Position numbers and translations under genes: made by a program. The notes beneath the pieces were generated by a model. It was not told the DNA's origin. It ran no database searches and saw only the letters and a program-made list of their open reading frames with translations. From assembly GCA_030390025.1 (NCBI GenBank), contig CM059433.1:24926001-24990000 (forward strand): a stretch of 64,000 nucleotides of DNA, in the 5' to 3' direction. The stretch comes from Squalus acanthias (Eukaryota). Of this stretch, positions 1 to 12,627 are shown piece by piece; position 1 is the first letter of the stretch, and each line of letters begins with the position of its first letter.

Positions 1-153
1 CTCCTCCTTTAAGTATCTCCTTAAAACCTACCTCCCCTGTCCTAATAGCTCCTTAAGTGGCTCGGTGTCAACTTTTGTTTGATAACGCTCCTTTGAAGCG
101 CCTTGGGACGTTTTACTATGTTAAAGGTGCTATATAAATGCAAGTTGTTGTTG
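1..153 (+). mobile_element. L2-like LINE 3' end
   Basis: Tail ...aagcgccttgggacgttttactatgttaaaggtgctatataaatgcaag(ttg)n shared with RT-bearing copies at 12628-14130 and 43090-44879. Confidence 0.8.
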
Positions 154-719
154 AGGTCCGTGATGGTTCGCTTCCCACCCAAAGGCCCGCTACCATCTGC
201 TCATTGGGTGGCAGCTCACTGAACTTGACAAACGACTATTGACAGCACAAAAGCAGCAGCGTGTTCTCGAGACAATTCTGGGAGGTCATCAAGCTGACAA
301 CTTGATTCAGGCAACCTGTCAAATGGCTCAACACATCTATAAACAGCATGCCAAAGCCAACATGCTCCAAACTGAAACTTACTAGGAATGTATTAAAGAT
401 GATCAGTCCAAGTGAGATGATCCATCTAAATTCTGTAGTCGTGAGAGATCTAGAAACAACGCATATATCAGAGGTAATGAAATATCAGTATTATAAAGGC
501 AGAATGCTATATTTAAAGGGAAATTCAAGTGATGTTATCAATTTGGCATATCTGATTGATCGCCATTCACATCACTGTTCCCATTAGAATGGTTCTGGAG
601 TGAAGAAAAACAGTAAACATTTATGTGGGCATGTTTTGCCTTTCGGACTCTTGACTCTTCAGGTATTTTCTACCTTTTCCTTTCTTGTGTACCATGTGCC
701 TTGCACCATCTCTGGTTGA

Positions 720-883
720 GGCCTGGAAATTCATCTCGGGCGGTGGTGCAAAAAGGGCGGTATTGGTTATATGCAATGCCTGATATTGACTGCAATGGAA
801 CTGAGTATCAGGCGCTGTGTATAACAGGCTGCCGATCCGATACCGCCTGTTTTGCAGCACCGCCCGAGACAGATTTCGAGGCC
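720..883. mobile_element. Short hairpin MITE (~164 bp)
   Basis: ~34-bp imperfect TIRs ggcctggaaattcatctcgggcggtggtgcaaaa / ttttgcagcaccgcccgagacagatttcgaggcc. Confidence 0.7.
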
Positions 884-1617
884 TGTGTGTGTAACCTGCT
901 CTCAGGCTGATGTTGATCTAAAAGTGCCTGCTAGAGGGTGCTAGAGAGCAGTTGTGGGAGCATGTCCTTCCCACTCTATGACGAAGGCCATGATTCCAGT
1001 TGGCAGCTCCCCGCGCGGTATGATTGAGGTGGGGGATTCTGTGCAGGGGACTGCACACGTGAACCCGCCTGTCTCTTGGTGATGCGGTCCTTTTAAGTTC
1101 CAACGTGCTTCGTATCTGCATTGTTTATTTGGGCATACTTACATTGACAGCTGCTGGTGCCCATTATAGTTAGCTGCCACAACACCGTGGACTTCCCAAA
1201 TATCTCTCCCCTTGCTGGGAGACAGTGCAGGCTCCAAATAACTCCGTATGACTCAGATCAGAATCTGAGTGGCGCAGGGCTTGAAACACTTCATAGCACA
1301 GAGCACGGGCACTACTAATTAGTATGGTCATATTGCCCGGCCCTGTGAAGACTTGAATCTCTCTAAGTTTAGCAGCATGCTTAACGGGTGGGTGACTTGA
1401 GTGACTACTATTGTTGTTGTCTGTGTAGGGGGAAGGAAAATGTGGGAGGGAAAAAAGAGAGATGAAAGAAACTGTTTTGTGAATGACATTTATGGGACAG
1501 ATAGGTCTCTTTGACTGAGCGCAGTGAGGTTATTAATTATGGGATCAGAGGCTAATAATTACAAAGTGATTATTTTTAATGGAGCAGGGAATTGCTTGTG
1601 GGTGTCAAAAAAGTATT

Positions 1618-2371
1618 GGCCTGTATTTTCCAGTGCCTACGAGTGTGTACGGGCTGTGTACACACCCGTAGGGACATCGGAAATGCCGGTTTCAGGCATG
1701 CGCGCTGAAAACCGGCATTTCCAATCTGTCAAGAATCCTCTTGACAGATCGGACGCCAGCCTTGGAGAAGGGCCTCTGCGGACGGATAGTTCCGCTTTCT
1801 GCAGAACCTCCGCCCGCTGAAAACCCTTAGAAATCTTATGCCTGGTAAAAGCAGGCATATGGCCTGCTTTTACCAGCATAAGAGTTGAAAAAAAGTAAAA
1901 AAAAACATTTTTTTCACTCATTTATAATTTTAAAATACTTTTAAAAAAGGTAAGTTTATTTTTAGCCCCGTTAAAAACTTTAATTATTTTTTTCAAATAA
2001 TTAAATTTTTGTTTAAAATATTTAATTTAATGTAATTTTAACTCATTTTAAAAATGTGATGGTTTAAAAAAAATGTATTTAATGTTTTAGTGTCTTTTTG
2101 GGGTGATCTCCATTCATATATTTGACAGGTCTATCTGTCAAAAGTATGAAGGGAGATTCCCTTCTCCTATTGGCTGGCCTGGCCCACGTGATCCCAGGGA
2201 TGCTTGCTAACTGCATACGCCCCTGAGATACGTGGGCCCTGCGCATTTCGACTGTGGAGAAGCCCAGGATCAGAACTGGCCGGACCTCGGGAGCCCTCAG
2301 GTAAGTTTGTAGATTTTTTTCCGATAGGACGCATCCGCACGCAGGAAGCCTCTAATCGGAAATTACGGCCC
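1618..2371. mobile_element. Non-autonomous DNA transposon (Harbinger-type MITE)
   Basis: TIRs ggcctgtattttcc / ggaaattacggccc; ATT duplicated on both flanks; GC-rich arms around an AT-rich core. Confidence 0.75.
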
Positions 2372-2437
2372 ATTGATTTTGCCTTTAAAACACTGCTAAA
2401 GTTTTATTTCACACTCTAGATAGCGGGATTAAAAAAA

Positions 2438-2902
2438 AAGAAAGACTTACATTTATATAGCACCTTTCATGACCACCGGATGTCTCAAAGCGCTTTACAA
2501 CCAATGAAGTACTTTTAGAATGTAGTCACTGTTGTAATGTAGGAAATGCAGCAGCCAATTTGCGCACAGCAAGCTGCCACAAACAACAATGTAATAATGA
2601 CCAGATAATCTGTTTTTGTTATGTTGATTGAGGGATAAATATTGGCCAGGACACCAGGAGATAACTCCCCTGCTCTTTTTCAAAATAGTGCCTTGGGATC
2701 TTTTACATCCACCTGAGAGAGCAGTCGGGGCCTCAGTTTAACGTCTCATCCTAATGACGGCATCTCCAACAGTGCAGCACTCCCTCAGCACTGCCCTGGA
2801 GAGTCAGCCTAGATTTAGGTGCTTGAGTCCCTGGAGTGGGACTTGAAGCCCCAACCTTCTGACTCAGAGGCGAGTGTGCCACCCACTGAGCCACAGCTGA
2901 CA
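2438..2902 (-). mobile_element. tRNA-derived SINE, Deu/SacSINE1-like
   Basis: Reverse complement of the tRNA-like head (gtggctcagtgg...ttcaagtcccactcc); L2-like 3' tail; homologous to 7894, 23476 and 63060 copies. Confidence 0.85.
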
Positions 2903-3040
2903 TCGCAGGATGACAGATGAAGTTTAATAATATGCTTTTAGGTGTGTTTTACTGCAGTGAACATTTTAAAAACATTATTCTACCAGGATTTCTTCTTACC
3001 AGCCAGTGTTCAGGAACTTTCAGTATCAGTTTCATCTGGG

Positions 3041-3473
3041 TACAGTCATGTAGTGTTTATGCTACTGGACTAGTAATCCAGAGGCCTGAAGTAATAATCC
3101 AGAGAACGTGAGTTTAAATCTCATCACGGCAGTTTGTGAATTTGAATTCTGTTAAAAAAAATAAATCTGGAAATAAAAAGCTGGTATGAGTAAAAGTGAC
3201 CGTGAAGCTGCCAGATTGTTGTAAAAACCCAACTGGTTCACTAATGTCCTTTAAGGGTGGAAACCTGGTCTGCCCTATATGTAACTCCAGTCCCACACCA
3301 ATGTGGTTGATGCTTAACTGCCCTCCGAGATGCCCTAGCAAGCCACTCAATTGTGTCAAACCGTTACCAAGCCATTCTAAAGGCCCACCACCACCTTCTC
3401 AGGGCAACTAGGGATGTGCAATAAATGCCAGCCTTGCCAGCGACGCCCACATCCTGAGAATGAATTAAAAAAA
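3041..3473 (+). mobile_element. HE1-like elasmobranch SINE
   Basis: tRNA-like head, core ctggttcactaatgtcctttaaggg, and tail agggcaactagggatg..caataaatgc shared with HER1-like LINE copies. Confidence 0.8.
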
Positions 3474-3626
3474 GTATCAAATGGCAATAAAAAGGAGTAA
3501 TGGCTAAATCAAAATTGAAAGTAAAAGCTCAGTAACAAATGATCTGATAATGCACAGTATATGTTGTTAAGTTTTCATTACCACATTGCTTCTGTTACTT
3601 ATTTTCTCCTTTTTTACCTCTTACAG

Positions 3627-5414
3627 TCAAGCACTTCTTCTCGTACTCCTGATAACCTCATTACTCAACCACTAACTTCCACAATTGAGAATGGAGATTC
3701 CACCCCAGCTGATATGAGACATGCTTGTATTTCACCTTTGTTAAATAAATCTTCACTCTGTTTTACTGCCAACACAAATTCAGAAAAAAAGTCTTCTAGT
3801 TTACCCAGGTCCGCTTTCTTGACCTCGTCCTTCTTATCTTCCAGCTCCTTGCCCTCAGCCCTTCATACCAAATCCCTTTCCCCTTCCAACTCTTCCCTTA
3901 AAAAGTCTAAAACAGCTTCTCCTTCCTGTCCCCCACCCCCATTACACTTTCTGAGCTGTAGTGATCTGCATTCTTCTCCAGCCTGGTCCTCCTCATCTCT
4001 ACCTTCTTCAAGGTCCACCATATGCTCTTCAACTTGTGTGCAGTCGTCATGTCATTCTCCAAGTCAGACTACACTTTCTCACACTTCTCAGCAACTTTCA
4101 TGTCATTCTCCTAGAATTCCTAATTATTCCTGTCAGACCTCAACACGTACTACTTCAGCAAAATCTGGTGTAGTATCTTCTCCTCCAACTCAGCTGTCAT
4201 TATTGACTTCAATTCTAAGGTCTGGAAAACTGCCTCCTGTATCATCCAAATCCTCAGAACAATCAAAACTAGTTTCCTCGGCCCCATCCCTGAGCACCAT
4301 TGGTTCGCAATCTTCTAGCAAATCTCCAATTCCGATAACCCCACAAGCATCTTCTTCCTGTCAAAAAGCCAGATCACTTTCCCCCACTCCAGGGAAGTAT
4401 CTCCAGCGTTCTTCTGGAATACTTGGAGGTGTTTCTTCAGTCTCATCAAGATCCCTAACCTCTCCTTTGTTCCGAAAGCCTGGAGAACATTCTGTTCATT
4501 CCTCATTTACATCTTTATCTCAAAGACGTGGAAATATTTCCACAGAGACAGCTAAAGCTCCACCAGGTCTCTCGTCCACAAAACATAATGCTCATTACTT
4601 GAATCCAGGTAATTCCACACCCACACTGTCTTCATTGTGTCATGGTTCAAAGCCCCCTACATCGCCCCGTTCTCCCTCCCCGAGACATGGATTGCTTTCT
4701 TTTACCCCAGGACATTTTTCTTCACATCGCTTCTCACCAATCAGTTCATTCTTCCCAATGCAAGAACTAGAGTCTCCTTTATCAGACCACGTTTTAGATC
4801 ATTTACCCTCTGAAAGATCTAGTAGAATTTCCCCCACCCCTGATTCGAGCTTGAATTACTGCCCTGTAAAACTTGGCAGTCTTTCTCTTACGCCAACAAA
4901 TCCTTCCCTTTCTCCTTCTGCAAGACCCTACAATATTTCCCCTTTATCAGAACAGTCTGTGCCATCTTCCCCAACCTCCATTTCTTCTTCCCCTACCCCA
5001 GTTAATTCTTCCCCACAATCTGGTTCCCTTACTCCTACTCCATTGAATACTAGCCCTCTTTTCTCTTCAATAAGATCAAGCTCTGTTTCTCCTACCCAAA
5101 ATCAAACCTCTCCTCATTCCTCTTCATTAAGACTGAGCTCCCCTTCCCATACCCCAACTTATTCTTCCTCACTAAGACCTCCTACCCCAGGACAGTTATC
5201 TTTCCATCCTTCTCCTCTCCCGAGATTCAATGACAGTGTCATTACTCCAGCTCAGTCTGCAGCACATTTCTCTAACCCAAGGATTGACATACCGTCACCT
5301 GGTCCAGTCCAATCCCCTCCACCACCATCACCTTTCTCAAGGTCTGGCACACAATCTCCAGCACAATCTTTATCCTGTTCTGCTGAAAATGAGACTAAGA
5401 AACCAGAACAAAAG
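3627..5414 (+). CDS. MLIP: MLIP giant Ser/Pro-rich coding exon (596 codons, SSTSSRTP...NETKKPEQK)
   Basis: Polypyrimidine tract + ttacag acceptor (3621-3626); open frame within ORF 3561-5447; donor AAG|gtactt at 5415; joins in phase 0 to the YKIKSS exon. Confidence 0.85.
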
Positions 5415-6920
5415 GTACTTTGCATCTCTTTCTTTTGCATGTGCTAGATAGCAATGGATACTGTTCTCTTGGAGTGGCATTTTCACCCTTTGCTCTTATT
5501 AATTGAACTAGCCTGCATGAAATAATTAACGTTCTTTAAATCAGTCCTGTTCTGATTTATATCAAATTATATGGTTAATCTTCCTCTTCTACTAATAATT
5601 AGAAAAATCCTGGACTTTCTTAACTTGCCTGAGTTTGCCAGAATTGTTATATCTGAGACTTGAGACGTCTTGAACATTCATTATTTTTATTATGCTAACT
5701 ACAAATTTTGAGGATCTGAAATTGCTCAATAGGACTCTTGTAAAATCAGCATCTCAGTCTCTTTCAGCAAAATGTTTCAGGATCTGAGGGGTGAGATACT
5801 GAAAATTGCTCCTAAATTGGTCACTAAAATCTGTTGAAACTATTTCTTATAATTTTTTCAGTGTTTTGAACTAGCCAACACTGAAACATTTTAGATTATA
5901 ATAATTCTTAGGGGTATACTGAAGAGTTTAGCTTTGTGAGAGAAAATTGTGCAAGAATGAAGTGTTTGAAGACTTCTTTTCAGATGGCACAGGACATTGG
6001 TTACCAGTGTGCTGTACTATGGAATGGTTTCACATACTTTTACCTGTGATTTCTCCCCCCATTGAGTTAACAGACTCAATCATGTAGTCTTACTGCGTGG
6101 AGGTGAGTCTGTTTAGCATAAATTGGAATCTCCTAATAGCAGTAAGAGGCCTGGGCACAGGTTAGTTATTTACACCTATGAAGTAGTGCGTGATGTGGTA
6201 GGAAGAGAAAATAAAAAAATACAATAGAAACAAAGAAGCCTTTTTAATAACTGAAACAATTCGAGTCATAATAAAGAAACAGCCTTGGGTGTTCCGTTAC
6301 ATTGAGATTTTATATCTAGGGTGTTCTAAATGAATAAAATACACTAATAACTGCTTTTCCTACCAATATTAAGTACAATTCATACATTTGATGTACAATG
6401 TAATTACATTAAGTATTAATAGGAAATTTTTCTTAAGTAGAAATTCTTAAAGTTGGTGGTGGGGGGGTGGTGTATGTTGCTATGTTAGAGTTTTCTGGGC
6501 AGACTCAGTTTCCATGTCAGCCTTTGAAAACTCCCATTGCTTCATTTTATTTAAAATTTGTATCATTTTTTATTAAATATACAATAAAATAAATCTGCAC
6601 TGCAGGTTCACTAGGTGCACCACTGTTTGTTTCAATGCACAAAAAGAGTAGTCTTTCAGACACAGTCCTTTTCAACATTGAAATATTGCATTGTGCATGA
6701 AACCCAGCACTACTGGACATTATACAGATGCATTTATTGCAGGGTTACTAAAGGTAGTTGCTACCACATTAACAACTCATTTTATTGCAATTCATTTGAA
6801 ATTATAACCATAATCTTCTATCATCTCTGTTCAGTTATAAAAAAAATTTACTATTTTTTCTGCATCTCTCACTTTCACTGCTTGTTCCTTGTTTGACTCT
6901 TTCCCTCACTTCTTCTGCAG

Positions 6921-6989
6921 TACAAGATCAAGTCAAGTTATAAGGCTTTTGCAGCAATACCAACAAATACACTGCTTTTGGAGCAGAAG
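6921..6989 (+). CDS. MLIP: MLIP coding exon YKIKSSYKAFAAIPTNTLLLEQK
   Basis: ttctgcag acceptor and gtcagt donor, 69 nt; peptide matches the conserved MLIP motif YKxKSSYKAFAAIPTNTLLLEQK as recalled. Confidence 0.93.
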
Positions 6990-7893
6990 GTCAGTGTCAG
7001 CCGTAGAAAATGTGCTTTAACAGTCCTGCTTTCCTCTGTGTACAAAGCAACAAGTCACAGACACTTGCATTTCAGTATTAGATAGACTGCTGACCAAGAC
7101 TGAAGGTGCTGCTGGTGGTTGGGGGAGGACTGAGTGTGGTGAAGCCTTTCTGTCATACAGCGAAAGATCCTAAACCAACATCATGGATAATAATATTTTA
7201 TATGTTGTTGCCCGTTGAATGGTTATTGTGAGGTGAGTGTCCTCCCAGTGTTCTGTTCTGGAGTATGATGTGTATTTTGCAACGGGTTCTTATTTTGTCA
7301 TGGTGAAGTCTTGTGATGGTACTTTCTTCTTCCATTGAAAATGATGGGAACATAACTGCACATACTCTGCTCAGGCATTATAGATTTACCCCCTTGTGCG
7401 CCTTTTGCTAATCAACCAGCATACATGCAGGTGATGTCTTGTCAAGGTCAGCGTGCATTTTCATCTTGAAGAATCCTAATCTGCAACCCTTAGTTCTGTA
7501 CCTTAATTAAGATATTGCTGATCGGGACTTCTAGCATTGGCGTTGAGTCTTAAATAGCTCAGGATTGCTGATGTTAATTTAAAAATCTAGCAAAAGCTGA
7601 CCAAAGCCTCAAAAAGTTTAACACAGCTCTCCAAAAGGTGACAGCTCAAATATAGCTCTGAATGAAGACAAATGCTTAAACTGAAAATGCAGAGGCACAC
7701 AAACTTGGCATACATTAAGTTTCAGGTACATCCAACATTCAATCATTTTTATTGCAGTAAAGAAAAACTAAAGGGCAGTTTGCAGCAGTGGTGAATTTCG
7801 AAAACCGATGTGAGTGCCGAAGGCAGGAAATTTATTTTCTAGAGGAGTCAGGGAATAAAGCCATCAGAAATGTTAGATTTTTGGCAATTTAGG

Positions 7894-8330
7894 TGTCAGC
7901 CGTGGCTCAGTGGTAGCATTCTCGTCTCTGAGTCAGAAGGGTGTGGGTTCAAGCCCCATTCCAGAGACTTGAGTACAAAATCTAGGCTGGCACACCCAGT
8001 GCAGTACTGAGGGAGCACTGCACTGTCGGAGGTGCTGATTTTTAGAGGAGACGTCTGCCCTTTCAAGTGAACATAAAAGATCCCATAGCACTATTTGAAG
8101 AAGAGCAGGGGAGCTCTCCCTGGTGTCCTGGCCAATATTTATCCCGCAACTAACACCTAAGACAGATGATCTGGTTATTATCTCATTGCTGTTTTGTGGG
8201 AGCTTGTTGTGCGCAAATTGGCTGCCGTGTTTCCTACATCAGTGATTACACTTCAAAAGTACTTCAATGGCTGTAAAATGCTTTGGGCACCTGAGGTTGT
8301 GAAAAGGCGCTGCATAAATGCAAGGCTTCT
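7894..8330 (+). mobile_element. tRNA-derived SINE, Deu/SacSINE1-like
   Basis: A box tggctcagtgg and B box ggttcaagccc; homologous to the other copies. Confidence 0.85.
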
Positions 8331-8364
8331 TTCTCCTTCTAACTTTATTTGGTCTCCCATGTTG

Positions 8365-8885
8365 TACCCTACATAAACTTGAGGTCATCCAATACTCGGC
8401 TGCCCGTGTCCTAACTCACACCAAGTCCTGTTCACCTGTCACCCCTGTGCTCGCTGAACTACATTGACTTCAGGTTAAGCAACGCCTCGATTTTAAAATT
8501 CTCATCCTTGTTTTCAAATCCCTCCATGGCCTCGCCCCTCCCTATCTCTGTAATCTCCTCCAGTCCCACAACCCCCTGAGATATCTGCGCTCCTCTAATT
8601 CCACCTCTTGAACATCCCTGATTATAATCGCTCAACCATTGGTGGCCGTGCCTTCAGCTGCCTAGGCCCAAAGCTCTGGAATCCCCTCCCTAAACCTCTC
8701 CGCCTCTCTACCTCTCTTTCCTCCTTTAAGCCGCTCCTTAAAACCTACCTCTTTGACCAAGCTTTTGATCATCTCCTTATGTGGCTCGGTGTCAAATTTT
8801 GTTTTATAACACTCCTGTGAAGCACCTTGGGATATTTTGTTATGTTAAATGCGCTATATAAAATGCAAGTTGTTGTTTTTGTTGT
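8365..8885 (+). mobile_element. L2-like LINE 3' fragment
   Basis: Decayed ORF2 end (GGRAFSCLGPKLWNPLP...FKPLLKTYLF) plus (ttg)n tail. Confidence 0.8.
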
Positions 8886-9038
8886 TATTTGGTACATTTT
8901 CTGGTATGGTGAAGTCTACTAATAGCCCGGATAAAACCACTTAATGCTTTCACACCAGAGAATATCTTCCATACCTCAAAAAAGCATCTGCAAACATTCT
9001 TGAAGAAAATAAACCTTTTCATGAAAAACAAATAAGCA

Positions 9039-9655
9039 ACCACTTGCCTGGATTGGTGCAGCTGCAACAATACACAAGTGGCTCGACACCATCCAGGACA
9101 AAGCACTCCACTTGATTGACACCTCATCTACGAGCCTAAACATCCCCTCTCTGCACCATGGCTGCAGTGTGAACTATCTACACTGCACTGCAGCAACTCG
9201 CCAAGGTTCCTTCAGCAGCTCTTCCCAAACCTGTGACCTCCACCACTTAGAAGAGCAAGGCCTGTAGCTGCATGGGAACAACATCATCTTCCAGTTCTCC
9301 TCCTTGGAAAATAAGCCTCTAAATGGGTTAGAGGAGCAAAAGGATCTAGGGGTGCAGATACACAAATCACTAAAAGTAGTAATGCAGTTTAATAAGGCCA
9401 TTAAAAAAAGCAAACAAGCACTGGGGTTCATTTCTAGAGGGATAGAATTGAAAAGTAGAGAGTTATGTTAAACTTGTATAGAACCATGGTAAGACCAATC
9501 TTGGAGTACTGCACTGTGAACATTTCTGGCGCCCATATTATAAAAAGGATATACAGGCACTGGAGAACATGCAAAAAGATTTACAAGGATACCAGAACTG
9601 AGAGGTTATACCTATCAGGAAAGATTGAACAGGCTGGGGCTCGTTTCTCTCTTCC
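9039..9655 (+). mobile_element. Abutting HER1-like LINE fragment (~9039-9300) and CR1 fragment (~9301-9655)
   Basis: Homology to 12076-12625; MLNLYRTMVRPILEYC is a CR1 ORF2 motif. Confidence 0.7.
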
Positions 9656-9680
9656 AGAAAATTCCTTTTGAGGAAAGTAA

Positions 9681-10362
9681 GGGGTAAAACCTTCGCCGGG
9701 GCAGTTAGCACCCCCGCAGCCGATTTTCCCAGGTAGTGCCCCGAGAGGGAGGAGGGCACTACTGGAAGCGCCCCGCGTCCCTCTTGGGGTGCTGCGAGCC
9801 AATATTGCGGCGCTGCTGCACTGCAGGTACTGCAGGCCTTCCTCCCCTTATTAAAGGGGAGGGCCCTGGCGCAGCGCAACCCGGGGCCCATTTGGGCCAC
9901 AAGGGATCGGGAGTGCCGGCAAACAAGCCCGGCACTCAAGGAGTGCCAGGCTCATGGAGAGCAGCCGGCACCCTGCGGGGGGGCTTCACGGGGGCCGGGG
10001 ACAGCAACAGGGGCAGGTGCTGGCAGGTGGCCAGCAACAAAAATGGCTGCCCACCACCTCCCCTTTAACTAGCGCCGCCCCGGCCGCAGGTAGGCCCCCC
10101 TGACCCTGTCGGACATAGCGTCCGGCGGTAAGTCAAGGGGCGCCACCACCCAATATTACAGCCGGGATGCGAGTGGGGCGCTGCGCACGGCGATGATGTA
10201 ATCGCCGGCGGCGCAGCGCCACGCGGCATTAATGGTTAGCACTGCCGCTAACCTCCCGCTGAATTTCGCGGGAGGCGTTAGGGGCGCCGCGCCCAGGCGC
10301 TAGTTGATTTGCGCCCTCTTAGGGCGCTAACGGGAGGCGCAAATCAACCGAATTTAGCCCCC
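9681..10362. mobile_element. GC/CpG-rich Harbinger-type MITE, copy 1
   Basis: Ends ggggtaaaa / aatttagccccc; TSD TAA; homologous to 25207-25857 and 43437-44086. Confidence 0.85.
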
Positions 10363-10446
10363 TAAATGTCCTTAAGTTTTCTGCTAGACTTGTGCTGTAA
10401 CTTCACTGGAAGTGTGGCAAAACCCATTAGAAAAAGAAAAGGATTT

Positions 10447-11080
10447 TTTTAATATATTCATTCATGCGATATGGGCATCGCTGGCAAGGCCAGCATTTAT
10501 TGCCCATCCCTAGTGGCCTTTGAGAAGGTTATGTGAGCCACCTTCTTGAACTGCTGCAGTCCGTAAGGTGAAGGTACTCCCACAGTGCTGTTGGGGAGCG
10601 AGTTCCAGGATTTTGACTCACTGACGATGAAGGAACGGGGATATATTTCCAAGTCAGGATGGTATATGACTTGGAGGAGGTGGTGTTCCCATGCGCATGC
10701 TGCCCTTGTCTTTCCAGGTGGTAGAGGTCGCGGGTTTGGGAGGTGCTGTTGAAGAAGCCTTGACAAGTGGCTGCAGTGCATCTTGTAGATGGTACACACT
10801 GCAGCCACGGTATGCCAGTGGAAGAGGGAGTGAATGTTTAAGGTGGTGGATGGGGTGCCAATCAAGTGGGCTGGATGGTGTCGAGCTTCTTGAGTTTAGT
10901 TGGACTGCACCCAGCCAGGCAAGTGGAGAGTATTCCATCACACTCCTGACTTGTGTCTTGTTGATGGTGGTAAAGCTTTGGGGAGTCAGGAGGTGAGTCA
11001 CTCGCCGCAGAATACTCAGCCTCTGACCTGCTCTTGTAGTCACAGTATTTATGTGGCTGGTCCAGTTAAGTTTCTGGTCT
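10447..11080 (-). mobile_element. HER1-like LINE 3' end
   Basis: LNWTSHI...QVRSVMEYSPLAW ORF2 remnant; tail shared with the HE1 SINE. Confidence 0.8.
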
Positions 11081-11329
11081 AACGTCCCTGCCGACTCCAA
11101 GAGCTTTTGGTTGAGCTTGTAAGGGGTGGACCTTCCTCCCACCCTTTATATGGCCATTGACACCAAGGGGGTGGAGACTCCCTGCGTGTGGAGTTCTCAC
11201 TTCCCTGCCTCAGAAGGACCCAGTGTTTTACTGGATGCCAGTAAGCGGGCAGAGATGAGGCACAAGTGGCCCCATTGGGAGACTCCATGTGATGGAAGTG
11301 GCCTGGAACCTTAAAGAAAGGTCAGTTCC

Positions 11330-11733
11330 CCTTTTAAAGATAAAAATATGGATTCTGCCCCCCCCACAGGGGCTGAGGGGATCTGTATAACACTCCTGAT
11401 GAACACGAGTATATTAGAAACTAGGGGACCACCGGGATCATTATTCAGCACACCGTAGGGATGCTGAAGCCGAGGATCAGGTGTATCAACCGGTCGGAGA
11501 GCTCCCTACAATATGCTCCAGATCGAGTCTCTCGCATCCTTGTGAAGTGCTGTGTACTGCTTAATGCTGCGTTACAGCAAGGCCTGCATTTGGAGGAGAC
11601 AGAGCAGCACAGCAGCAGCAGCAGCAGTAGTCCTCATCAGATGATGCAGGCCTGGGGGAAGGAGAGGAAGCAGCAGAGGAAGGAGGACCAGCTCAATACC
11701 GTACAGCCAGAGGTGTCAGGAATCAGCTCATAG
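11330..11733 (+). pseudogene. Harbinger DDE transposase C-terminal remnant
   Basis: TVGMLKPRIRCINRSESSLQYAPDRVSRILVKCCVLLN resembles the Harbinger IGxLKxRFRCL...CCxLHN motif. Confidence 0.65.
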
Positions 11734-12075
11734 CTCAGCGATTCCGCTGACCTCCGCACACTCCTGCCCTGAGAACGTACAGAGTCCTTCTGCACAACAG
11801 TCCTTGTTACATCCTTCGCCACTTCCTTCATCCTGCATTGAAGAGCATTTAAACTATTCAGATAACTTCTATATCAATGACATACTGACAGAGCAGAATA
11901 AGAAACTGCTACCAAACCACACCGCAGACCAAAGTGCCAGATGTGATAAAGGTGATCAATGTAATGCCAAACATAATAATTGCCTTCCTCACATTCGTTT
12001 CTCACCCAAGTGATCAACCCATGGTGCCTTTCTTTAAAGAAGGTTTACTAACTCTACTACACCCTTTGAAGCCTT

Positions 12076-12625
12076 TCCACCATCTACAAGGCGCAAGTAA
12101 CGAGTGTGATGGAATACTCTCCACTTGCCTGGATGAGTGCAGCTCCAACAACACTGAAGAAGCTTGACACCATCCAGGACAAAGCAGCCCGCTTGATTGG
12201 CACCCCATCCACCACCTTAAACATTCACTCCCTCCACCACCGGCGTACCGTGGCTGCAGTGTGTACCATCTACAAGATGCACTGTAGCAACTCGCCAAGG
12301 CTTCTTCGGCAGCACCTCCCAAACCCGCGACCTCTTCCATCTAGAAGGACAAGGACAGCAGGCACATGGGAACACCACCACCTCCAAGTTCCCCTCCAAG
12401 TCACACACCATCCTGACTTCGAAGTATAGCGCCGATCCTTCGTCGTCGCTGGGTCAAAATCCTGGAACTCCCTACCTAACAGCACTGTGGGAGTAACTTC
12501 ACCACACGGACTGCAGCGGTTCAAGAAGGCAGCTCACCACCACCTTCTCAAGGGCTATTAGGGATGGGCAATAAATGCTGGCCTTGCCAGTGACGCCCAC
12601 ATCCCATAAACAAATTTAAAAAAAG
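12076..12625 (+). mobile_element. HER1-like LINE 3' end
   Basis: MEYSPLAWMSAAPTTLKKLDTIQDKAARLI...; tail plus A-rich end. Confidence 0.8.
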
Positions 12626-12627
12626 CT

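Noticed and set aside
3561..5447. 628-aa single-exon gene
   Set aside because: The ORF start and end are intronic (pyrimidine tract and donor read-through); the core is an internal MLIP exon
7894..7985. tRNA gene
   Set aside because: The A and B boxes belong to a SINE head repeated several times in the window
9538..10068. ORFs over the GC-rich MITE (also near 25272-25655 and 43494-43918)
   Set aside because: Frames are not conserved between the three copies; a GC-content artefact
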